Below, piece after piece: positions 10,067-20,008 of a stretch of 64,000 bases of DNA. Each line of letters starts with the position of its first letter. The stretch's first letter is position 1. A program made the position numbers and the translations under genes. The notes below the pieces were generated by a model, which worked only from the letters and a program-made list of their open reading frames with translations, ran no database searches and was not told the DNA's origin. The DNA comes from Gemmatimonadota bacterium (GTDB taxonomy: Bacteria > Gemmatimonadota > Gemmatimonadetes > Palauibacterales > Palauibacteraceae), in assembly GCA_965116475.1 (NCBI GenBank), contig OZ220691.1, positions 2,304,001-2,368,000 of the forward strand, written 5' to 3'.

Positions 10067-11188
10067 ATGGATCGGGTCCGGGCTGCCCTAGGCATATCCG
10101 ATGACCTCTCCGTCTCGGGGAGGGGCGTCCGCGTCGCGGTCATCGACACCGGCGTGGATGCGGCGCACCCCGATCTTGCCAACCGAATCGATCTCGATGC
10201 TAGCAAGAATTACGGCCTCACCCTCGGTCTCGAGGACCGTGCTGGGCACGGTACCCACATCGCGGGAATCATCGCAGGGAATGGTCAACTCAGTGCTGGC
10301 CGTCTGCGAGGAATCGCCCCCAAAGCAACTCTGATTGCCTTCAAGGCGTTTTCAACATCCGGCACTCAAGCGTCCGACTTTGTGGCGGAGGCGGTACTGG
10401 ATGCGATCGACGCTGGAGCTGACGTGATCAACTACTCCGGCGGTCGACGTGGCCACACCTCACCGCCTTGGTCTTGGTCGGCGTCGCCTGACGTCATTAC
10501 GCAAGCTTTCAAGGTCGCGAACGATGCAGGCGTGCTCTGCGTTGCGGCGGCTGGCAACGAAGGCCCAACTGCCGGAACCATCAATCGTCCCGCGATTGAC
10601 TCTTCGGTGCTAGCGGTCGGCGCTCTTTCGACCGACGGTCGAGTGCTCGCAAACGGCTCAAGTCGCGGCCCCGTTTATGTCGATCATACTCTCCCGGCAG
10701 GTGGCGTTGATTCAATGGGCCCCAACTCCGAACGCGTCAACTACACTAAGCCTGATGTTGTCGTACCGGCGTGGAACCACCCTCCAGGCCCTGGGAGGCT
10801 CTGGATGGGTCCTGTGTCGACCCGCAGCAGTCTTACCGAGACCCTGGTAGGTGTCGACCCGACTGACCGATCGTGTCCTTACGCGCCTTACGGGGGAACC
10901 AGCCAAGCCGCCCCGGTTGTATGCGGCGTTGCAGCTCTACTGATCGAGTATGCGGCGCGTCTCGGATTTGACTGGGGAGACAACCGCGCCGAGTCGCTAC
11001 GACGTTTGATCTGCTTCGGCGCCCGTTTCCTCAGGGGCTACGATCAAGACGACCAAGGTGCGGGCATCCCTTACTGGCCCGCCGTTGCCAGCACACTCGA
11101 GGACTGTCTGGACAACCCGAACACCGCTGCATTGGTGCAACGAGGACCTCAGCTCGAAGCCTTCGAAGCGTCCCCGTCCAACCAGTGA
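10067..11188 (+). CDS. S8 subtilisin-like serine protease catalytic domain, no signal peptide, possibly part of a disrupted gene
   Basis: Triad motifs VAVIDTG, GHGTHIAG and GGTSQAAP, plus AAAGNEG and KPDV; in-frame TAG two codons upstream of the ATG; lower GC than the flanks. Confidence 0.85.
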   Translation: MDRVRAALGISDDLSVSGRGVRVAVIDTGVDAAHPDLANRIDLDASKNYGLTLGLEDRAGHGTHIAGIIAGNGQLSAGRLRGIAPKATLIAFKAFSTSGTQASDFVAEAVLDAIDAGADVINYSGGRRGHTSPPWSWSASPDVITQAFKVANDAGVLCVAAAGNEGPTAGTINRPAIDSSVLAVGALSTDGRVLANGSSRGPVYVDHTLPAGGVDSMGPNSERVNYTKPDVVVPAWNHPPGPGRLWMGPVSTRSSLTETLVGVDPTDRSCPYAPYGGTSQAAPVVCGVAALLIEYAARLGFDWGDNRAESLRRLICFGARFLRGYDQDDQGAGIPYWPAVASTLEDCLDNPNTAALVQRGPQLEAFEASPSNQ

Positions 11189-11356
11189 ACGCGCAACAGC
11201 TCGTCGCCGCAGGTAGGGGGCCAGACGGCCGCAGTCGCCGCCGCCGGTCTCCCTGATCGGGATCGGATAGCTGGTCGGCCACCACGTTGGTTGGGAGATG
11301 TTCCCCACGCCGCCCGCACCACGTCCATGTGGGACGGACGATCCGGGGCGCCGCGT

Positions 11357-13837
11357 TCAGTTGCCGAGCACGTTGACCCGCATGTACCAGATGCGGCCCG
11401 CCACGCCGTAGGGGGACTCCGAGGGGTACTCCATCGTCCAGAGTTGTGCCACGGCGTCGTCCGGGAGTCGATTCGGCAGCCGGTCCAGCAGGTTGTTCGC
11501 CCCGACGCCCACCTGGATGCGGCCGCCGACCCGGAAGCTGACCTCCAGGTCGGCGATGGTCGCCGCGTCGATCGTGACGTTCTCCTCGAAGATGAACGGG
11601 GTCGTGACGGAACCGATGCGGTTCAGGCCGAGCCTGGCACCGAGACCCTGCGCGAGGCGGATGTCGGCGCTGACGCCGATCCGCTGTCCGGGCTGGGCGT
11701 CCTCGATCAGCGTGCGCTGGGTGTCGCCGATGAAGTTCTCGTTGCGGTTGGCGGTGATCTTCGTGCTGTTCCGGTGCAGGCTGGCCGACAGGTCTGCGGC
11801 GCCCCAGTCCATGCCGCGGAAGCGCCAGGTCGCCGCCAGGTCGAATCCGTGCGTGCGCGTGTCGATCGCGTTGGTCCAGAACGCCACGGCATCCACCGGC
11901 CGGCCCTGAAACTGCGCGCCGGGCCGAAGCCCGTGGCTCTGATCGAGGCTCCGGGTCAGGGCGATCGCGTCGCTGACGGCGACGCGGTAGTAGTCCGCCG
12001 TCACCAGCAGGCCGGCGTCGGTGGAGTAGACGAGCCCGCCCGTGAAGCTGAGCGAGGTCTCGTGGCCCAGCGCACAGGCCCCGAAGTCGGAGCACGCGGT
12101 CGGATCGCCCTCGGGCAGGAATCCGGCGCTCACCAGGCCGTCGCCGCCGCCCACGAAACCGATCGTGTTGAACCCCCGCTGCGGGAGTCGCGGCGCCCGG
12201 AAGCCGGTGGAGACCGCGGCGCGGAGCGCGGCGCCCGTTTCGCCCAGCCCCACGCGGCCGGCCAGCTTGCCGGTCAGCGAACTTCCGGCGTCGGTGTAGT
12301 GTTCGAAACGAAGCGCGCCACCCAGGGTGCGCCCGCTCGGCGAGCGCAACTCCATGTCCGCATACGCCCCGACGCTGCCGCGGTCCTGTTCGCTCAGCCT
12401 GGCCGAGGTCGGGCTGTAGCCGGGGTAGCCCTGTATGCCGCAGCTCGCGTAGACCGTCCCGTCGTTCTGGTGGTGGGCCGCCGGGAAGCTGCCGGGCGTA
12501 TCGCTCGGTCCGCACGCCCACGAGGCCCGGTCCCCGGCTTCCATCCAGTACGAGTCCCTCCGGAACGCTCCGCCGACGGCCAGGAACGCCGGAGTCGAAC
12601 CCAGCTCGAGCTCGCGCGTCGCGTCGGCGTTCAGCGTCCACTGGCGCACGTTGAGCCCGCCGCTGAACGTGTTCCTCGGTCCGGCGTTGGCCGCGATGGA
12701 GGCGCCGTCGGCCCCGGGATTCCCGGCCAGGAACTCGGCCGCGTAGGAGGGGTTGATGGAATTCGCGGCGCCGAAGGCGAACCGGCCGTGTCCGAACCCG
12801 AGGCTGAGATCTCCCGCCCACGCGCCCACGTCGCCGCGCAGTCCCGCCACGGCGGACTTGTCCATGAGGTCCGATTCCTCGACGGGGAAGAAGCCATCCG
12901 GGTAGACGTAGCTGACCGAGCGGGGCACCCAGTCCGCCTTGCGGTACAGTCCGTCGGAGACCGCTTCGCGCGCGGAGTATCCTCCGAAGGCGTACAACTC
13001 GGCCGTTTCGCCCACGGGGATCGCGGCGTTGGCCATGAAGCCCGCGCCCGTGTAATCGGGTTCGCCGTTACGCTGCAACTGGATGACCTTCCCGCCATCC
13101 GCGCAGGGACCGTAGGACGGGTCGGGACCGAAGCAGGTGGGGGCCGCGCCCGCCCGGTTGGTGACCTCCTGCCGCGCGACCTCCATCGTGATGTTGAAGA
13201 AGCCGTCGCCGAGCGGAACCCCGGCGTTGGCCGAAGTGAGCAGCCTCATGCCGTCTCCGCGCGACGTGCGGCCGAGGAAGGTCGCCGCGCTCACGCCGCT
13301 GGCGTCGTCCCTGAGCACGATGTTGATCACGCCGGCGATGGCGTCGGAGCCGTACTGAGAAGCCGCGCCCTCGCGCAGGACCTCGATCCGTTCGATGGCA
13401 TGGACCGGAATGGCGCGCAGGTCCGTGCCCGTCGTCCCCTGCCCGGCCGCCGCGAGCAACTTCGCGAAGGCGACGCCGTGCCGTCGCTTGCCGTTGACCA
13501 GCACGAGCACCTGGTCGCCGTTCATGCCGCGCAGCGTGGCGACGTGGAGGGCCGCGCCGTCGCCGGCGGACAGCCGCGTGGAGTTGAAGGACGGCGCGAG
13601 GCTTCCCAGCACTTCCGCGAGGTCGATCTCTCCCAGGCGGGCGATCTCCTCGGCGTCGTAGATGTCCACGGGGACGGGGAGCGTGGCCGGATCCGCCACA
13701 CCTGCCCGCGACCCTACCACGACCTCGAGTTCCTGGACCACGACGACCGTGTCGGGCGGCTCCTGGGCCGAAACCGAGCCGGTCGAAGCAAGAGTTGCGA
13801 GGATCGTCGGAACGACGAACGAAGTCGGAGCTTTCAT
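11357..13837 (-). CDS. TonB-dependent receptor
   Basis: Signal peptide; VVVGSR TonB-box-like; plug LRG...VLVLVNGKRRH; IERIEVLREGAASQYGSDAIAGVINIVL; STGFRAP; GANNLLD. Confidence 0.93.
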   Translation of the reverse strand: MKAPTSFVVPTILATLASTGSVSAQEPPDTVVVVQELEVVVGSRAGVADPATLPVPVDIYDAEEIARLGEIDLAEVLGSLAPSFNSTRLSAGDGAALHVATLRGMNGDQVLVLVNGKRRHGVAFAKLLAAAGQGTTGTDLRAIPVHAIERIEVLREGAASQYGSDAIAGVINIVLRDDASGVSAATFLGRTSRGDGMRLLTSANAGVPLGDGFFNITMEVARQEVTNRAGAAPTCFGPDPSYGPCADGGKVIQLQRNGEPDYTGAGFMANAAIPVGETAELYAFGGYSAREAVSDGLYRKADWVPRSVSYVYPDGFFPVEESDLMDKSAVAGLRGDVGAWAGDLSLGFGHGRFAFGAANSINPSYAAEFLAGNPGADGASIAANAGPRNTFSGGLNVRQWTLNADATRELELGSTPAFLAVGGAFRRDSYWMEAGDRASWACGPSDTPGSFPAAHHQNDGTVYASCGIQGYPGYSPTSARLSEQDRGSVGAYADMELRSPSGRTLGGALRFEHYTDAGSSLTGKLAGRVGLGETGAALRAAVSTGFRAPRLPQRGFNTIGFVGGGDGLVSAGFLPEGDPTACSDFGACALGHETSLSFTGGLVYSTDAGLLVTADYYRVAVSDAIALTRSLDQSHGLRPGAQFQGRPVDAVAFWTNAIDTRTHGFDLAATWRFRGMDWGAADLSASLHRNSTKITANRNENFIGDTQRTLIEDAQPGQRIGVSADIRLAQGLGARLGLNRIGSVTTPFIFEENVTIDAATIADLEVSFRVGGRIQVGVGANNLLDRLPNRLPDDAVAQLWTMEYPSESPYGVAGRIWYMRVNVLGN

Positions 13838-13940
13838 GGTTCCCTCGGCTCTCTCTCGGTAGCTCGCGGATTTCTGAGACACCATCCCATGTATCATAAT
13901 GTGTCAGACGATCCGCGGGTTACACCCTCCAGGAGGCACC

Positions 13941-15617
13941 ATGGCTCGCAGCCGACTCCGTCCATCGTTCGTTCTCGCGGGAATCGCGGTTCTCGCCGTC
14001 GTCTTCCTTCTCGTGCAGGTGGCGCCGGATCCGGTGGACTCGGCCGCCACGGCCGGTCCCGGCTCGCACGCCGACCTCGTCGCGCTGTTCGACGAGTGGC
14101 GAGCCTTCGAGCGGCCGGAGTTCGTGGATGGCGTGCCCGACTACTCGGCGGCGGCGATGGCGCGCCAGCAGCGGGAGCTCCCGGGCTGGCAGGCGCGGCT
14201 CGGCGGCGGCGCCCCGGAGGGCTGGTCCGTGCCGGAGCGGATCGACTGGCACCTGGTCCGCGCCGAGATGAACGGGCTCGACTTCGATCACCGCGTGCGC
14301 CGCCCCTGGGCGCGCGACCCCGCCTTCTACGTGATGATCTTCGCGGCGGAGAGCGACGTGCCGGCCCACGAGGGGCCGGTCATCCACGGCTGGATCGACC
14401 TCTGGACGTACGACTATCCGCTCGCGGACGCGGATGCCGCCGACCTCGCGGGTCGCATCGGCGCGATCCCGGCGCTCCTGGACCAGGCGCGCGACAACCT
14501 CGCGGACTCGAACGCGCGGGACCTGTGGCTTGCCGGCCCCCGGGCCTTCCGGGGTCAGGTGCGGGACCTCGACGACCTTGCCGCGCGGGTGGCCGGGACG
14601 AGCGCCGCGCTCGACCGGTCCATCGCCGACGCGCGCGCCGCCTCGGAGGCCTTCATCGCGTGGCTGGAGGAGGAGGCGCCCTCCCGCACCGGACCCTCCG
14701 GCGTGGGACGCGAGAACTACACCTGGTACATGCAGAACGTGCACCTCGTCCCCTATTCGTGGGAGGAACAGGTCACGATCATGCGGCGCGAACTCGCCCG
14801 CGCCCACGCTTCGATGCGGCTGGAGGAGAACCGCAACCGTCACCTGCCGGAGCTCGAGCGCATCGCCTCGGCGGAGGAATACGACCGGAGGCTGAACGAG
14901 TCCGTCGACCGCTACATGCGCTTTCTGGAGGAGGAAGAGGTACAGACGACGGAGGAGTGGATGACGCCGGCCCTCCGCGCCGTGAACGGGAGCTTCACGC
15001 CCGCCGAACCCGGCGAGATCCGGAACTTCTTCTCCGAGGTGAACTACCGCGACCCGGATTCGTTCCGGCCGCACATGCACCACTGGATCGAACTCGCCCG
15101 GATGCGCGTGGACCCGCACGCGAGCCCGATCCGTGCCACGCCGTCCCTGTACAACATCTTCGACTCCCGCTCCGAGGGGCTCGCCACCGGTGTGGAGGAG
15201 ATGTTCATGCACCTCGGGCTGCTCGAGGGATCCCCCCGCTCCCGCGAACTCACGTGGATCATGCTGGCGCAGCGGGCCGCGCGGGCGCTGAGCGGCCTCT
15301 ACCTGCACGGCGACGTGTTCGACATGGAGGAGGCGGTGGCCCACGCGATGAAATGGACGCCGCGCGGCTGGCTGCCGGACGGCGCCCTCGTGCGCGGCGA
15401 GCAGAGCCTCTACCTGCGGCAGCCGGGGTACGGGACGAGCTACGTGACCGGGAAGATCCAGATCGAGGATCTGCTCGCGGAGTACGCCATCCAGGAGGGC
15501 GAGGATTTCAGCGTGAAGCGGTTCTTCGATGCCTTCTACGATGTCGGGGTCATTCCCATTGTCCTCACCCGCTGGGAGATGACGGGAGAAGTGGATCCCA
15601 TCCTGGGGGCCAACTGA
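13941..15617 (+). CDS. DUF885-like (putative metallopeptidase) protein
   Basis: RBS AGGAGG; SEGLATGVEE, YLRQPGYGTSYVTGK and C-terminal F..FFD...G.IP; His-rich HMHH in place of the usual motif. Confidence 0.75.
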   Translation: MARSRLRPSFVLAGIAVLAVVFLLVQVAPDPVDSAATAGPGSHADLVALFDEWRAFERPEFVDGVPDYSAAAMARQQRELPGWQARLGGGAPEGWSVPERIDWHLVRAEMNGLDFDHRVRRPWARDPAFYVMIFAAESDVPAHEGPVIHGWIDLWTYDYPLADADAADLAGRIGAIPALLDQARDNLADSNARDLWLAGPRAFRGQVRDLDDLAARVAGTSAALDRSIADARAASEAFIAWLEEEAPSRTGPSGVGRENYTWYMQNVHLVPYSWEEQVTIMRRELARAHASMRLEENRNRHLPELERIASAEEYDRRLNESVDRYMRFLEEEEVQTTEEWMTPALRAVNGSFTPAEPGEIRNFFSEVNYRDPDSFRPHMHHWIELARMRVDPHASPIRATPSLYNIFDSRSEGLATGVEEMFMHLGLLEGSPRSRELTWIMLAQRAARALSGLYLHGDVFDMEEAVAHAMKWTPRGWLPDGALVRGEQSLYLRQPGYGTSYVTGKIQIEDLLAEYAIQEGEDFSVKRFFDAFYDVGVIPIVLTRWEMTGEVDPILGAN

Positions 15618-15625
15618 CGCGGCCG

Positions 15626-16330
15626 ATGGCGCGGAACGCCACCTGGATGCAGACGGCGCGGCGGCTCCTTCCGCGGCTGGCAGGGCTGGCGCGGGAGATC
15701 CGGCCGACGCTCCATCTCGACTCGGTGAACGGCCTCAGCGCCGGCCGCCTGCGCGATCTCGGCGTCGAGGCCGTCCTCTGGGACGTGGACGGAACGCTGA
15801 TGGCACACCACGCGGGGCTGGTGGATCCGGCGCTCGCGGCCGGGTTCGAGGGTCTGCTCCGGGCGCCGGACCTGCGACACGCGATCGTCTCCAACTGCCA
15901 GGAGGCGCGCTTCGCCGAGCTGGGGGAGATCTTCCCCGAAGTCCCGGTCGTGCTCGGATACGAGACCGGGGCGGGGGCGGCGTTCCGGGTCCGCCGAGGG
16001 CCGCGCGAGTCGTGGCGCGGCCCCGGCGCGGCGGCGGCTGCGTCCGCCGGCGACGGGACCCCGGGGGACCGGCCGATTCGCAAGCCGAGCCGCCGGCTCG
16101 TGCGGGCCGCGCTCGAGGAACTGGAGGTCGCGGACCGGCCGGGGGCGGCGCTGATGGTGGGGGATCAGTACTTCACGGACATCGCGTCGGCGAACCTGGC
16201 CGGCGTCCGCTCGGTGAAGGTGCCCACGCTGCACCGGGCCAGCTTCCCGGCCCCGGTCCGCTGGTCGCAGCGGCTCGAGGCCGTGCTCTACGGGCTTAGG
16301 TACGGCCGGCCGCGGCCGGGCGGCGCTTGA
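15626..16330 (+). CDS. HAD-superfamily hydrolase (YqeG-like phosphatase)
   Basis: WDVDGTL (motif I), IVSN, RKP and MVGDQYFTDI (motif IV). Confidence 0.85.
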   Translation: MARNATWMQTARRLLPRLAGLAREIRPTLHLDSVNGLSAGRLRDLGVEAVLWDVDGTLMAHHAGLVDPALAAGFEGLLRAPDLRHAIVSNCQEARFAELGEIFPEVPVVLGYETGAGAAFRVRRGPRESWRGPGAAAAASAGDGTPGDRPIRKPSRRLVRAALEELEVADRPGAALMVGDQYFTDIASANLAGVRSVKVPTLHRASFPAPVRWSQRLEAVLYGLRYGRPRPGGA

Positions 16331-17025
16331 CGGAGCCGGCCCTCGCCGCGATCGAGCGGGAGGTCACGGCCTGCCGGAAATGTCCGCGGCTCGTCGAGTG
16401 GCGCGAGCGGGTGGCGCGGGAACGCCGGGCTGCCTTCCGCGACGACACGTACTGGGGTCGTCCCGTGCCGGGCTTCGGCGATCCGGCCGCGCGACTCCTC
16501 ATCGTCGGGCTCGCCCCGGCCGCGCACGGCGCCAACCGGACCGGGCGCATGTTCACCGGCGACCGGTCGGGCGACTGGCTCTACCGCGCCCTGCACCGCG
16601 CCGGGTTCGCGTCGCAGCCCGGCTCGACCGGCCGGCACGACGGGCTGGTGCTCCGTGGCGCCTGGGTGACCGCCGCCGTGCGCTGCGCCCCGCCGGCCAA
16701 CAAGCCGACCGCCGGAGAGCGCGAACGGTGCCGGGGCTACCTCGAGCGCGAACTGGACTTCTTCGCCGACGCCCCCGTCATCGTCGCCCTGGGCGGGTTC
16801 TCGTTCTCCGCGCTGCTGAGGATCTTCCGCGAACGCGGCGAAGCCGTGCCGCGGCCGGCGCCCCGATTCGGCCACGGGGTGGAGGTCGGAATCGGGCGCC
16901 GCCTGCTGATCGGCTCCTATCACCCGAGCCAGCAGAACACCTTCACGGGCACCCTCACCGAACCCATGTTCGACGCCATCTGGACCCGCGCCGCCCAACT
17001 CGTCACGCCACCTCGACGCCCGTAA
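16327..17025 (+). CDS. Uracil-DNA glycosylase, family 5 (UdgB-like, Fe-S)
   Basis: TTG start overlapping TGA; CRKCPRL, GLAPAAHGANRTGRMFTGDRSG, RCAPPANKP and SYHPSQQNT. Confidence 0.93.
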   Translation: MTEPALAAIEREVTACRKCPRLVEWRERVARERRAAFRDDTYWGRPVPGFGDPAARLLIVGLAPAAHGANRTGRMFTGDRSGDWLYRALHRAGFASQPGSTGRHDGLVLRGAWVTAAVRCAPPANKPTAGERERCRGYLERELDFFADAPVIVALGGFSFSALLRIFRERGEAVPRPAPRFGHGVEVGIGRRLLIGSYHPSQQNTFTGTLTEPMFDAIWTRAAQLVTPPRRP

Positions 17026-17171
17026 GCCCCTGGAGGCGCTCTCCCGGTGCCGCCACCACGCGGCACCCTTGCCGAGCATGGCGGCTGTCCGCGCATGTTG
17101 AGGGGGCGCGGACCCATGCAGTGCGCCGGGCGTCCGCGGCGGAAGTCACCGCAAGTCAGGAGCAAGCACAC

Positions 17172-20006
17172 ATGCCTAACACGTCCCGAGGGATCGCCGC
17201 CCGCCTCGCCCTGTCCCTCGCCCTGTCCCTCGCCACCACCCTTGCGTTTCTCCCATCGAGGGTGGCCGCGCAGGACAAACCCACGCTCGGGGCGGACGAC
17301 TACGACCGGTGGGAGAGCCTGGGCCCGGCATCGCTGTCGCCGGACGGGCTCTGGCTCGCCGTCGTCGTCCGTCGCGTGGACGAGACGTCGGAGCTTCGAG
17401 TCCACCGCACGGACTCCGATTCGGTCGCCGTCGTCGCGGAGGGCTCGCGCCCCGAGTTCGGCGCCGACGGAAACTGGCTCGCCTACGTCATCGGCGTCTC
17501 CCCGGACGACCGCGAGCGGCTCGGCGAGCGGGGGGAACCCGTTCGAAACGGCGTTGGCCTCCTCGACCTGCGGACGGGAGAACGGGAGGAGATCGAGGCG
17601 ATCCGGTCGTTCTCCTTCTCCGATGACGGAAAATACCTGGCGCTCCGCCGCTACGGCCCCGAGGAGAGCCGGAGCGACGGCGCCGATGTCCTGGTGCGGG
17701 ATCTGGCCGGGGGCGGGTCGATGAGCTTCGGCAACGTCTCGGAATTCGCGTGGCAGGAGGAGGGGAGCCTGCTGGCCATGATCGTCGACGCCGAGGATCG
17801 GATCGGCAACGGAATCCGGCTCTACGACCCGGCATCCGGCCGCATCCGCTCGCTGGACGCGGACGAGGCGACCTACCGGGAGCTGTCGTGGCGCGAGGAT
17901 GCCCCCGACCTCGCCGTCCTCAAGACGTTCGAGGACGAGTCGCACGAGGACACCGCCCATGTGGCGCTGGCGTGGCGCGATCTGGACTCCGGCAGCCCCC
18001 GGGCGTTCGCGCTCGACCCGCGAGAGCCCTCGGAACTCCCCGGCGGCACCCGGATCGTCGAACACCGCGTTCCTTCCTGGTCCGACGACGGTTCCACGAT
18101 CTTCCTCGGCCTGCAGGAGCGGCGCCCGGTCGAGACTGGGGCGGCGGAGGACGACGCGGAAGGAGAGGGCGACGAGGAGGATGGCGAAGCCGCCGAGGAG
18201 GAAGCCGAAGAGGAAAACGGGGCCGCACGCGACGAGGAGGAGAGCGCGGGCGTCGAGGTCTGGCATTCGCTTGATGTCGATCCCGTCCCCCAGCAGCGCG
18301 TGCGCGAGGACCGGCTGCGGCAGGAACACGACCTCGGCGCCTGGAACCTGGCCGACGGCGGTTTCCTCCTCCTCGGGGGCGATCACGCGGACCAGGTCGA
18401 GATCGCGGAGGGCGGGCGCCATGTGCTGGCCCGCGACGAGACGCCCTACGACGTCGACGCGATGTTCCGCCAGCAGTTCCACGACCTCTACGCCGTCGAC
18501 GCGCGCACGGGGCGCCGCGAACTGGTTCGCGAGCGGATCAACGTGGGGGGCGGTTCCAGCCCCGGTGGGCGCTACGTGGCCTGGTTCGAGGGAGAGGACT
18601 ACTGGATCCACGATCTCGCCACCGGCGAGACGCGCAACGTGACGTCCGGGCTCGGCGGGACGTTCGTGGACCTCGACCGGACGCCGACCCGCGAGCAGAT
18701 GCCGCCCTTCGGGTTCGTCGGCTGGCTGGAGGACGACGCGGCGCTGCTCGTGAACGACCGCTTCGACGTATGGGAGGTGAACCCGGACGGGTCGGGCGGG
18801 AGACGGCTCACGAGCGGGGCGGAAGACTCGATCCGGCACCGCGTGGTGCGGGTCGATCGGGACGCCGACGCCTTCGCTGCGGATGAACCGCTCTACTACT
18901 CGACGTACGGCGAGTGGACCAAGAAGGCCGGCTTTTCACGCGCCCGCCGCGGGGAGACACCGGAGCCGCTGATCTGGGCGGACGCCCGCTTCACGGGCGG
19001 CCTGCTGAAGGCGGAGGACTCCGATGTATACGCCTTCCGCCGCGAGCGGTTCGACGACTCGCCCGACTACTTCGCCGCGGGACCGGACCTGGACGAAGCG
19101 CGGCAGGTCACGCGCACGAACCCCTTCCAGGACGACTACGCCTGGGGTCGCGCTCAACTCATCGACTATGAGAACGAATGGGGACGCCCCCTCCAGGGCG
19201 CGCTCATCTACCCGGCCGACTATGATCCGGATCGGACGTATCCCAAGATCGTGTACCACTACGAACTGCTCTCGCAGAGTCTCCACCAGTACGTCGTCCC
19301 GGATCCCACGCGCTACTACAACATCCAGATCTGGAGCCAGGAAGGGTATTTCGTCTTCCAGCCCGACATCGTCTACCGCGACCGGCGCCCGGGACAGTCG
19401 AACGTGGAGACGCTGCGCCCGGCGGTGGCGGCGGCGGTCGAGACGGGAATGATCGACGCCGACCGCGTCGGCCTCATCGGCCATTCATGGGGCGGATATC
19501 AGACGACGTTCTTCGTCACGCAGGACAATCTCTTCGCGGCCGCGGTGGCGGGCGCGCCGCTCACGAACCTGATGAGCATGTACCTCTCCTTCTACTGGAA
19601 CTCGGGAGGGACGGACGCGCGCATCTTCGAGATCAGCCAGGGCCGCATGCAGGTGCCGTGGTGGGAGGACTGGGACTCCTACTTCAACAACTCTCCGATC
19701 CATCACATTCAGAATCTCGACACGCCCCTCCTGATGGAGTTCGGGACGGAGGACGGCGCCGTGGAGTTCAACCAGGGCGTCGAGTTCTACAACGCGGCCC
19801 GGCGCGCGGGGAAGCATATGGTCATGCTCGTCTACGAAGGGGAGAACCACGGCCTCGCGAGGGAGCCGAATCAGCGCGACTACCAGAGCCGCATACTCCA
19901 GTGGTTCGCCCACTATCTGAAGGGGGAACCCGCTCCCGACTGGATCACCACCGGCGTCCCCTGGCTGGAGCAGAAGGACGGCCCCGGGAAGAAGAAGGTG
20001 AGCTGA
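17172..20006 (+). CDS. S9 family peptidase with large beta-propeller N-terminal region
   Basis: Signal peptide; GHSWGGY nucleophile, DGAV and ENHGL; acidic low-complexity linker near 18145-18245. Confidence 0.9.
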   Translation: MPNTSRGIAARLALSLALSLATTLAFLPSRVAAQDKPTLGADDYDRWESLGPASLSPDGLWLAVVVRRVDETSELRVHRTDSDSVAVVAEGSRPEFGADGNWLAYVIGVSPDDRERLGERGEPVRNGVGLLDLRTGEREEIEAIRSFSFSDDGKYLALRRYGPEESRSDGADVLVRDLAGGGSMSFGNVSEFAWQEEGSLLAMIVDAEDRIGNGIRLYDPASGRIRSLDADEATYRELSWREDAPDLAVLKTFEDESHEDTAHVALAWRDLDSGSPRAFALDPREPSELPGGTRIVEHRVPSWSDDGSTIFLGLQERRPVETGAAEDDAEGEGDEEDGEAAEEEAEEENGAARDEEESAGVEVWHSLDVDPVPQQRVREDRLRQEHDLGAWNLADGGFLLLGGDHADQVEIAEGGRHVLARDETPYDVDAMFRQQFHDLYAVDARTGRRELVRERINVGGGSSPGGRYVAWFEGEDYWIHDLATGETRNVTSGLGGTFVDLDRTPTREQMPPFGFVGWLEDDAALLVNDRFDVWEVNPDGSGGRRLTSGAEDSIRHRVVRVDRDADAFAADEPLYYSTYGEWTKKAGFSRARRGETPEPLIWADARFTGGLLKAEDSDVYAFRRERFDDSPDYFAAGPDLDEARQVTRTNPFQDDYAWGRAQLIDYENEWGRPLQGALIYPADYDPDRTYPKIVYHYELLSQSLHQYVVPDPTRYYNIQIWSQEGYFVFQPDIVYRDRRPGQSNVETLRPAVAAAVETGMIDADRVGLIGHSWGGYQTTFFVTQDNLFAAAVAGAPLTNLMSMYLSFYWNSGGTDARIFEISQGRMQVPWWEDWDSYFNNSPIHHIQNLDTPLLMEFGTEDGAVEFNQGVEFYNAARRAGKHMVMLVYEGENHGLAREPNQRDYQSRILQWFAHYLKGEPAPDWITTGVPWLEQKDGPGKKKVS

Positions 20007-20008
20007 CC

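Noticed and set aside
9447..11356. Intact prophage or integrative element at tRNA-Arg
   Set aside because: No integrase, transposase, phage gene or att-like duplication is visible; kept only as an islet.
11291..16330. 1679-aa + strand ORF, and similar long ORFs at 19913-23227 (-), 4477-7065 (-) and 58675-60669 (+)
   Set aside because: Shadow frames caused by high GC. They overlap well-supported genes and lack motifs; only the last 234 codons of 11291-16330 (the HAD) look real.
18145..18245. Purine-rich acidic tract in the S9 peptidase
   Set aside because: An in-frame low-complexity linker of the kind common in this peptidase type.
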